NCBI RefSeq assembly: GCF_964355755.1
Contig: NC_092672.1
Coordinates: 10,354,001 to 10,418,000 of the forward strand
Origin: Antedon mediterranea
Lineage: Eukaryota; Animalia; Echinodermata
Direction of reading: 5' to 3'
Length of the DNA stretch: 64,000 nt
Shown here in pieces: positions 13,309 through 25,300 of the stretch; within the stretch, counting starts at the first letter, position 1, and each line of letters opens with the position of its first letter. The position numbers were made by a program, and so were the translations under genes. The notes beneath the pieces are model-generated. The model worked only from the letters and a program-made list of their open reading frames with translations. It made no database searches and was not told the origin of the DNA.

Positions 13309-16300
13309 CTAAAAAAATGAAAAATATTACTTTTTTAATATATCAAGATTAAAAAATATATCAACTAACATAGTTTCGCATTAAGAACAACCTTTGACCT
13401 TGTATAGCTGATTCCATTCAAAGAAACTAGGCTTCCTATTCTCGGGATGTTCCACTTTTTCATTTTCTGGTGTGATGCCCCAGCATGATAACATCACAGT
13501 AGTTTAAAAGTCCAATTACCGTTGACACACATTGGAATGCATCAAGACCACGATCAAGCAATTATTATGGAAAATTTAGTAATAATTTTAACTTTTTAAT
13601 TGAATATAGTGATTGAGAGAGTGGACATAAATCAATTATTTTTAAAATAAGGACCTCCTTAACAAACATTGAATACACATACCTTCCTTTTGTTCCCAAT
13701 GATCCAGTAGAATAATCAGGGTTACAAAAATCTGGAGATGGCACAAGGTAAATCAAATCAGTATGAGTGTACGGTTTAAAATTCTTGTCTGCTGGTCTAA
13801 GATCTTTCCTTTTTTTGTCCCTTACTTCAACTACTTCAGTTGCACCATCGAATTTTTCCTTTAGTTTCTCGCCGACGGAACGGAACGTTGGCATGGCTCT
13901 CCAGCATGTCTTCATCTCGCATGAGCCCGATACTCCATGACATTTGCACTCAGTTCGCATGTTCTCTTCTATTACCTGAAAGCAAATAAAGTATAAAATC
14001 AGTTTAGTACAAAGTTGTTACCTTCGATGAGATGACATAGCGCCCTCTATAACTACACTGTTGTGGCCATAGTTAATAACGATGATGGCGTGTTCTTCCA
14101 CTTGAGGGCGTGATTCGCGTACAGTACCAACATTGGGAATAAGGAGGAAGAGGAAGAGGATTTTAGACTAAACTTTACATTGAAAAAAATGGAATTAAGT
14201 TTACGTTCCTAAAAAGTATTAATACATATTGTCTTATTGTGGTTATACTAAAACAAGATGCTTTTTTGTGACATTCATTATTATATATTATAGTACTTTC
14301 TATCACGATAGCAGCGTGTAGGCTTTAGAATTAGAATTGTCAGAATTAAAGTTTAACAAAACAAAAACGTATCATAAAATATAACAGATATTTTCTTGTA
14401 CATAAGGCTACATACGACCTCTCTAGTAGTTTTGATTCCTAAAAATAGGGTGGCGGTCTACACATATCTTACAATCAGTTCATGATCAACCAATAATTTT
14501 GTCAAGAGAAGCATTCAATTTCTTGGAAACAATTTACCACAACTGTAAATGTTTCTCTTAAAACCGTACAATCAAAGTTTTATTGGACTATGTACTGTTA
14601 TCTTATTTATTTCGTACATTTTTTCTTTTAACGTACGTGATCAATATAATGTAATAGAGGTGTTCAAAGTTTTTGCTCGAATGCTATAAATTTATTTAGG
14701 TGCTTGGTGATTGTTTTGAAATCGTAAATCTAACTTGGTTTTTTCTGCCTTGAGTATAAAATAATACCTATACGGTACGGTACTACTCCTTATACAATAC
14801 GTCTAAAGACCCTTATATGATTATGGAAGTCTAATGTACGGTACTTATTTTATGCGTGGACGTCCAATGCACACTATTGTATCCCTGGCATGTGTATACG
14901 TCTAATATACCCCTTATATGCGTGGACGTCCTATGTACACTACTGTATCCTTGGCATGTGTAGACGTCTACCCCTTTTTTGCGTGGACGTCCAATGTACA
15001 CCACTGTATCCCTGGCATGAGTGGACGTCTAATATACCCCTTATATGCGTGGACGTCCTATGTACACTACTGTATCCTTGGCATGTGTAGACGTCTACCC
15101 CTTTTTTGCGTGGACGTCCAATGTACACCACTGTATCCCTGGCATGAGTGGACGTCTAATATACCCCTTATATGCGTGGACGTCCTATGTACACTACTGT
15201 ATCCTTGGCATGGGTGGACGTCTACCCTTTATATGCGTGGACGTCCAATGTACTCTCTGTATCACTGGAATGTGTGGACGTCTAATATACCCTTATAATA
15301 ATATGTGTGGACGTCCAATGTACACTATTGTATCCCTGGCATGTGTGGACGTCTAATATACCCTTTATATGCGTTGACGTTCATTGTACACTGTATCCCT
15401 GGCATGCGTGGACGTCTAATATACCCCTTATATGCGTGGACGTCCAATGTACACTACTGTGTCCCTGGCATGTGTAATAACTCTTGTATGTGTGGACGTC
15501 TAAGGTACCAATTATATGCGTGAATATATTTATATGTACCCTTTATACGTGTGGACGTCTAATGCATTCCTTGTGTGTGTACATTTTTTATATAGCGCAT
15601 AATGTTGTGAAACGCGCTGAACATTATTACCCCAGTCATTTTTGTTATCAAAGACGTATGGAAACATGATGCAGCTAGTAATCAGCGCAAAGTTGTGTCT
15701 TGTTGTTGCCTATAGTATCCAATATTTTTTTTAAAGGGGGAGGAGGGAATATCATGTATATAAATCAATGCTATTCCTTGGTGGGCCACGATTTGATACT
15801 ACATACGGAAAAGATAATAGTCTCGCCAAAATCTGTCAACACTTTTATATTGTCAATTGCGATAATTGTTATATATGCGTTATTAATCATCTTTCTACAT
15901 GTTTGGTAATTGTAATTGAATTAATAATAGTAAATAAAGTTAACAATATTAACGTGATCTTTTAATTAATGAATTAATTTGGATAATTATATCCACTTTA
16001 GTTATAATACATTTTCAAAATTGAATATAGATAGGCCTAATCTCTTTTTCAACTTATTTTGAGAAAAAAAGTAATATAAACAAAAGTCTTTTAAATGTTC
16101 CTAAAAATAGTAAGTTTTATCATGTAATAGTTAATGATACCATAAAATTATTCATGTAGGCCCCTACAGCCGGGCATTTTATTTTATCAAGATCACTGCA
16201 CTGGTTTACCATATTTTTTATTTGATACAAACTTAAATTAAAAATTGGAGGCTTAATAAAAACACGTAGTGACATTAATGATTGATGAGGCCCAGACTAC

Positions 16301-19300
16301 GGTGCTGACAGACAATATATTAAACTAACTTTGTGGTATTCGCTGATTATATTATTTCTGTATTCGTTTGGGGTAGCCTGTGGCCGCTACATTGATTCTG
16401 GTTCAGCAAACTTTGATATGCAACTTCCTTTTTAGAACGTATCTGTCACTTCTGCAACTGTTTTATCAGTAAGTTTAGCCATAAATTACAGTCCATGTAT
16501 GTATTAATCGTCGTGGTAGGTATATTACTATAGTTCAATATAACATTATTTAATTTTATCCCTCATTTGGCAAATATAAATGTCTTATTACTTATGACTT
16601 CTGTGGTTTGGCATTGATGGGGAAAAGTTGTTTTTTCTTTTGAAAATGTGTTCATCATACAATGTTGCTACAACGAGAGGAAATATCTTATAAGTACTAC
16701 TCAGTGTGTGTCATATTTGTAGATGAATTGAGACTAGATTGTTGTTTATAAATAATATTAGTTAGAAGATGAATTTATTCGTATAATATTGTAACATAAA
16801 AAAAACGTCTCGTACTTCTTTTACATTAAACACTGGGAATACTGTACGCTATACTAGAAGAAACACCGGTGTATCCGGAATTTTTTCTAGACGATGTGAA
16901 AGAGAATTAAAACCTTTCTGGCATTTTAACTTACCCGTCTACCTGCGTCGTTATTATGAATATTCATAAGGTAACGATCAAACTTCATTTTGTTCTTTTT
17001 CTCTCTTGAATCTACAAAAGATTGTGAGAAGACAATTCCGTAGTCTACGTTGTCCGAGCATCCAGACCACGTGAAACCTTCGTCACTGGTGCCGCTTATG
17101 GTTCTGTCGCAGCCGCATTTCAGTAAGCCTCCACTACTGCATGCGCGCGTGACAGAATGCGCAACCGCTGCAGACGATATTGCATGGACAAACGCAGCTT
17201 CACGTGTACCTAAAAGATAACAAAAAAATACATTCTTTAATTAAATTTAAATGGTAATCCTACTCAACAAATAGTGTAACAAGGCCATATACATGGCTGC
17301 AGGGCGTGCTCAAATTTGAGTTAGTTTTTACCGACTGAACAGTCGACCGACCAACTGACCAACCGACCGACATAGTGAGCTGTAGAGACTTGTCCGCAGT
17401 GGCTATCATTTAGTCTAGTTTAGAAAATAGTCTTAAATATATAGGCACAATTGTCTGTTACTTTAAAAGTTTTCTTATGACGAATTATTTTCTAGGAAAA
17501 AAATCGGTTAAATGATTCCTGGGGCTATTATATGACCAATAAGAGTCATCGTGTGCGGTACTGGGGCAAAGACCTGATGAAGTCACCTAAAGTTATCGAG
17601 CCATATCAATTTTGGCATAAATTCACGGATGCAGGATAGTGTTCAAGTAACCATGATATTCAATTATAACGAGCTTTAGAAAACACCAACATTAGGCCTA
17701 ACAATTTATAAAGAATGAATTCGATAATGTCGAAAGTACTGCGGGCAATTTTTATTTATTTTAATCGGGTATAATTCATATCGGTCCTCCAAATCTTTAC
17801 GGAACCCCTAATTAGAGAACAAATAACTTCAGTACCCAACAAATAATAATAATAACTGTAAACAATATCCCCATTGTTATTTTTTTTAACGAGAAAGTGT
17901 CTAAATATTGGTTTCCATTAGGATACAACGCAAGGACATAAGCCGCAACGCAATCTAGTTGACTAATCAAAAGCGATAGAATATTCAAACCGTCGTCGTA
18001 CTTGTAGTTGGTCAATTCGCTTACGTTGGCGGCTTAAGTCATTGCGTTGCGTACAACTGGAAACCAATAATTGTGTGTGTCCTAAAGCGTGGTTCCCACT
18101 AGCGACGCAACGCAAGGACGTAACGCAACGCAAGTGAATTGACCAATAACAAGCGATGGCTTATTCGCTTGTGATTGCTAACTGTCTATAACTTCGCTTG
18201 TCATTGGTCAACGCGCTTACGTTGCGTTTACGTCCTTCCGTTACGTTCTAGTGGGAACCAAGCTTTAAGGAGGGGTCTACTGCATACTGAATGTCAGTTT
18301 CGTGGGTATTATCTATTAAGATTATATAATGAAGTCGTTGTGTTGTGAAAACATTGTTTCATCTATAAAGCTCTGTCTACACTATCAAACTTTATGTGAC
18401 AACATGCGATGTTCCCATATATGGACATGTCATATCACTAGCATATTTGGGCATATCACTACCACATTGGGCATATCACTACCATATTCGGGCGTATCAC
18501 CACCATATTTGGGCACATCATACGTTTTGTCAAACTAGTTTGATATAGTGGCTAGATGCAACCACAATGTCACGTGTGCGTTCGTTGGTTGTCTATCGTA
18601 TATTTTATTTGTGTGTGTTCACGTAAAACACGTTTGTTTTATAAGTCCGTGTTTAAACTGTTACTTCGATACAATTTATCCCAATAGGTCTAATGATTTA
18701 TCGACAACCTTTTCAGACAGTCGTAATATAAAAGTAATATTTAGAAACAATAAAGATAAAAGAAAAGTTTTTGATTAAATATGTTGCACGACACTTGCTT
18801 ACTGGGGCCAGATATATTGTAAACATTTAAAAAGAAAATATTTGAGGAAACCATCAATAAATCAACAATCAGTATAATAATGGATGATTTATTAGGTTGG
18901 CCTGGTATGTGATCACCTTTGATGACGTAATGACTCCTAATGAAATAAACCATATCTTAGTAGTAAGGATTAAAATAGCCACTCTAGGCTGGAGCTGAAA
19001 CACGGACCTTACTGTATATTTTATGATATTTCGAAATTAATTTAAAAGTTGATTGTGAATCCAGACAAGATCGGTGCACTTTTCTCACCAACACTTGGTC
19101 GTCATTCGGTCTGCATATCTGTCAACGTGTGTGAACTTGATCCTAAAGCTAATAATTTAATAAGTGAAACTTATAAAAAGAAATTGGAATGGAATTTTGT
19201 GACCAACATTCGACCTATATGTAACACCATATGATATTTAGTTCACTATTAATATCACTATCTTTTTACTATGTTATAATGAAGGGTATTTTTAAAACGA

Positions 19301-22300
19301 AAAAATAGACATTTAAAAGAAAAAATATAGGCCTACAGTAATATAAATAATCATGCGCGTGTTAAAAAATACGCTCTTTAAAATCAATGTGAGCACAAAT
19401 TTAGGCTACAATGCCTATGTTACGGGTCTGTAGTGAAAGTAATATTTTTTAAAGATCAAGTGTTAATGCATGACAGCTGATACTAAACATCTAGATATTT
19501 ATCGATTACGATACTTCTGGGCCTTGTGAAGAAAATTCAATCAACAGCAATGAAACTATGTAGTGAACGCCCTCAGTAAACCTACCCTGATTTCAGGCGT
19601 TAAAATAGAGACGAGTTTTTGCCACAGACCAGTGTTTACTCTTCAAGAAGAAGATTCGACTTTTGGCACATATGGCGTTTTATACGTATACAATACTTTA
19701 GCTATTAGACATACAGGCTATATACTACTTTACTGCGTAATAGTATAGGAATATCAAACAACAACTTTGCGCCAGTCTCTGTATATAGAGTAGGTACAGT
19801 AGGTGTAGATGTGCATTCACAGTGCTCGTAAATAACACAATTTCCCAGTTGGTAAACCAACAACATACCTTGCGAAATATGTATGCGTAATTTAACTCAT
19901 TCTAAAATTGTTAACGACAAGAAGTGGTATGCAACGTTACGACGACTGGGACAAAAACATAATATAACATTTGGTGAGGTTATCATGGGTTATTAAAACA
20001 GTACAAAACAAGGCCAACAGCCATAAGTCGCGTGCTAAAACGCATAGTGATACCAGACCGACAGACAGACCGACAGACCGACAGACAGACCGACCGACCG
20101 ACATAGTGAACCATAGAGTCGCGTCCACGCAACTAACAAAATACTGAATGCTGAAAACTTCTGAACAAGTAAAAATAATTATAGTAACTTATAACATAGC
20201 TTTGGCCAAGTCTAATGCACACGAAACGAACGCGAAGTGAACCATTCCGATATCGATCCATCCTTTACGTACCACCAACGATATAGCCTCCTAATAAATA
20301 ATTTGAGATAGCCTACAGTATATTCATATTGACTTTATGTGGCAACCATAAATAACATTGAGACCATTAGAAAGTTAATCACAACAAACATGTAATATTG
20401 TCAGTGGAGATGTTTAATGTTACAACATACAAATGTCACAGAATAAATACGACAGCAGTCTCATTTCTGAATATGAAAGTCGTAAATTTTAGTAGACGTA
20501 GATGATTATTGAGCAACGTGGGTAATTATAGAGCAAGTCGTGTATAGTTTGATTTGACTCTCATAGGCCTAATCACATACACATATAGAGTAGCACATTA
20601 CGATTTTTAATCAATCATATCTGATTCTGGGAAGTCTGTCTGATGATGGTGTAATAATCCCCAGGATCTGATGTAATATTTGAATCATCGTCTGTTGTTT
20701 TAACACATAAAAATGAATAAACCTGAATTGACAATTAAAGAACGATTTACATTTCATACGATCAAAATTTCTCGAAATAACTATATTACAGTTACTGTAC
20801 TTTTGTTTAATATACGGTACTAAATAAATAAGTAGACGCAATCATTTTGATTCAGTCTGAAATTTACAATGTTCCAACAATAATGGTTGGATTCACTCAG
20901 AAAAATATATTACACTTAAGCAGTCTATACACTACATATTGATACCAAGAAAATGCAAATCTGTTCATTATATCCCGAGTTATTAGCAAAAGTGTTACCC
21001 CCTACCCCAAAATGTTGTGTTGCATATTTTCCATATGCGGTGTTAAATGACTATTAAGCTGTACAATTGGCATTGCTATCGTGGATTTCTGAAAAGTAGA
21101 CATATTAAGCTTTCCACAAATATATGGTAACATTTGCCACCAATTTGATACCGAAAAAATGTCTGGCCCATGGACTAACTGTAGTGAAAACATCCCTCCA
21201 AATTCTGACATTGTGATCGGTTGGATAATTTACTTTAATTTTTTTATTTTGCAATCTCATTCATTTAAAAACTCTGAACTGAATTTCCGTAAGATTTGTA
21301 TATATTAAATCTCCGAAGCCGAAGCTTTTTTTCCATGAACCTGTAAACACCAGATTGGAGAATTGTAAACTTATTCAAATAAAGATAAGTTCAGCTTGAT
21401 CAACTGCAGATGTTTAGTACTAACGTTTTAAATACATAATATTGTTACTTTTTTAACATGTTGCGATATTTTAGACAAGTAAAGTAATTAATGAGTTGAC
21501 GACGCGATAGGTCACACAAACTATTTGATTGGTCAATTATTTGCGTTGCGTTTTAAGTGGGAACCAAGCTTTAGTCGTTTTTGCGTGGATGAACCAAACG
21601 CTTCATACTCCACTATACGTGATCAGCACGACTGGGATAATAATCCTCCGGTTGATACGTTCTTGTATTATCCTATAGGAAATCATCAGATATACTAATT
21701 GTAAAGCCGTCATAGAAACGTTGATTAAACAACTCAATAAGTTGTTCAGCGGATATTAGACTAAATTAAATGTTCGTGTGAGACCTAAATGGCAGATTTC
21801 AAGGAAAGTTCAGTTTATGATAGTGTTGCCTTTATAGCTGTGAATAACCATAAACAAACACATTAATTATAAGGACGGTAAGGGGCTTAAAACGAGATCC
21901 ACTATACTTATTCGCCACCTCTTGTGGTAATTTCAACTAGAGGCCTAGTAGTAGTATACAATATAGGTGAACTATTTCCATTAAGTCCACTAGTCTTTTA
22001 AGATGTGTTAAATAAAAAGATGTTAAGCTAACTCAAACACTCACTCATGAAACTGTTCATATATTCATTTTCAATATGAGAAATGTATACATAACTATGT
22101 TTACCATCGTTTAGACAAAGTCTACTCTAGAGTGAATTTGAAAAGAGTGATTGTAACTGATTTAGAAAGCATTAAAACAAAATGGCCTATAACTTTCCCA
22201 ACATATTAACAGTATTGCATTTATAACGATAATTACATTCAAGACCGAATTGGGTGTGCCGTCTTTATTTTAAAAAGTTTAAATTTTGTTCCATTTTTTT

Positions 22301-25300
22301 CAGGAAATATCATTTAAAACTATTTTAGTTGAAGGACGAACCGTTGATACACTTTGATAAATATTAAGTTTGATAAACTGTCAGAAAGCTTTCAATATTA
22401 TTGTTTTTACTTTCTTGAATTAGGCTCCCATTGGACATAATTCTTGTTTTCTGTTTGTAAAAGTTGTTTAATATAGGTCTTCGTCTAAACACACAGGAGA
22501 GTGTGGGACATGTAATATAGGGGATTATAATCTATGACATTGTTTTAGTAGATGCGGTAATTCCAAGCCGATCGACTGTAGGCCTACTAAATTTAGGCCT
22601 ACATTAATCAAAACCAAAATATTGTAATAACGTAAATCGGAAGCACGACGATATGGATCTCCCGAACTTACGGTTAAGCTTGGTTCCCACTACACAACCC
22701 AGGACGTAACGCAACGCAAGCGAGTTGACCAATCACAAGCGATGAATTATTCGAACAGTCGCTTGTCATTGGTCAACTCGCATCTACGTCCTCGCGTTGC
22801 GTCCTAGTGAGAACCAAGGTGTATGGTTGTTGCGTCGTTACGTAATTGCAAATTGGTCATCCATCGCGTGGTGATTGTTCAACAACCTGCGGTGCGATTG
22901 CGTCTTGCGTTGCGTCCAAGTTGAAACCATTTTAACATAAATCACTTAAATATGTTAGGGCAATAATTGTCATAACATGTTGTTTGTTTATTATTAATTC
23001 TAAATAACTTTATTCTACAACTTGATATAAAACATGACAGGGATAGTGATGAATTTCATCCGGTGTGAATTATTTCATTTAATTGCAGAAACTGCGGAAC
23101 TCATAACAAAAATGGGTCATATAGGGCTATATGTTTCATTGTAGACCTACAGAATAGTAAATGTGTCATCTATGCTGATCTGTTAAAGAGTTGGTTGCTA
23201 TGGAACGCCAAGAGGGAAATTAAAGTAAAGTTAAATACATGTTAACCAGGTGAAGGTTGTTCATCGCATTGTTAAAACAATTTCCCTGACAGTTTTTACA
23301 GAATCACTGTGATGATATTAATGACAAATAAAGTATTTACGACTTGTTTCTTGTTGAAATTCGTTTACCTAAACAAATGATTCGAATGACAGTTACTATC
23401 ACACATGGCCACTTTCCTTGTCAAATCCTGACTTTTATTGTGGATCACTTTCTCAGTGAGAAGTTTACAGCCTACAATAAAATTGTCTTGGCAATGGTTA
23501 AAACTTTAATAAGATGACAATTAACAACCCAATTCTAGGCTCACTGTCTCTGTACTATAAACTTGTTAAGAGATAATTATCGACATATCCCTCATAACAT
23601 GTCATAATAAAAAACACATTGGTCATGTTCTTTAAATTTATTGTGTTAACATTAATAAATTAATTCCGAATAATTGACTTTTATTCACTAAATTTGGTCA
23701 CTTCTTTTTACATGAAGATATTTCTCAATAACGATTAAACTTAGAACTATGTACAAAGATAAATAACGGTATCCATGGAAAATACTGCACTGTAATTGAT
23801 CAATGGTTTCTTCCCGGGTTCAAATGTCCAAAACGCCGAACCTTTCATTAGAAATTAGTAATTTTAGTAAAGTAGAGAACAGATTCACTGTATAAGCCCA
23901 ATATTGTAGATATAGATTTATAAAATTGTACCATAGACCCAACAAAAACTACAGTTATATATTGCGTTTACTTATTGGATTGCTCGTCGGACGGAATCTA
24001 TAATATTATTTGTTTTTATCTATTTTATTTAATCGAAACCGACAGCGATAATTACCGCCACTAACAGGTTTGATGCAAACAAAGCCAGGACTGTTTAAAG
24101 CACCTTGATTGGTCCTAACATTGATCAAGGGCTTCTCTCGTCAAGTGTCCACCTTGACCAGAGGAAAGGCATTGGCTAATACGTCTGATGCAGATACCAG
24201 ATGCAGGGGTGCAGCCATAAAAGTCAGCAATGCTGATTTCAAATGCCTAATGGGACCCCAGCTCCATATACAGCACCCGATATTCCCAGATGGTCTCCCA
24301 TCCAAGCACTAACCAGACCCAACGTTGCTTAACTTGATCTGACGAGAATCGGTGTTTCAACGTGGTAATATAGTTGGTTATATAGTTCTCAGGTGTTGAT
24401 GTATTGAGTTCTTGGAATCTTGTTGAGTTATTAAACATGCTATGAATTTATCTGCTTCATTGGACCTCTTTCGTGTGTAGGTCATGCGATTTCCTGAGAG
24501 AAATGTGCGATCAACAAGACGCGGTCTGTCATTAACTTTAATGCCTTTAATATTTCTGCTCCTCAACCAAAATAGTCCAAGCATGGACCTAGGAAGGTCT
24601 TATCTATGGTCCGAGTACTGTAGGCCTTGGTACAAACGTTTTACGTATGGATGCCTCTTCGACATCCAATTCAAGATGGAAGCAGCGCGGTGTGTGTTGA
24701 TGACAGAGATAAATGATTTTTTTTATAATAACGGTTAATTTTAGGACGTAATAATTTTGCATTCGTTGCATATAAAATATTTTCCACATACAACATTGCC
24801 TAAAACTAGGCCCTATAATTTGACAGTAGTTGTTATTATAATATAATATTCTATATTATTGCTTCTATAAACTAGGCCTAACTTGTCAATATAATTATAA
24901 ACTTTTCTCCACCCAGTCTGACAGAATTAAATATTAATATCCTTTGATGCATTTTAAGAGCGATACCATGACTCCTTTTATGAGGTTAAAATGACACTTC
25001 CACACCGTGTTCGTTATTTTTAATTAACCTTCAAGTTTATCAAACACGGAAAGTACAGACTTGATTTGATGTACAAGACATTGGGTACTGTCACTAATAC
25101 TTAACACTAATTAAAGTATAAGAAATCAGTTCAATTATCTTTGATAGATAAGGCCCTCTTGTTGTTACAATAACTTGTGCATGTGACCTGTGTCATCGTT
25201 TCCATGAAAACAGCCTTAGAAATTCTCGCTACTCTATATTCAGGAAACTCTGTCACATGGGACACATGTGTGAGCATAATCTCTTTATAATCTTAGCATA

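Noticed and set aside
14851-15565. CRISPR-like array or the overlapping 60-126 aa ORFs
   Set aside because: The 'spacers' are themselves repeated, the context is a eukaryotic intron with no cas genes, and the ORFs are artefacts of the tandem repeat.
17570-17605. Second hammerhead (CTGATGAAGTC...)
   Set aside because: There is no GAAA core and no closing stem II. CTGAGGA at ~441 and CTGATGA on - at ~3618 fail in the same way.
24269-24378. Functional 5S rRNA gene
   Set aside because: It has an internal deletion, a diverged 5' end, no T-run terminator, and is a single copy in an intron.
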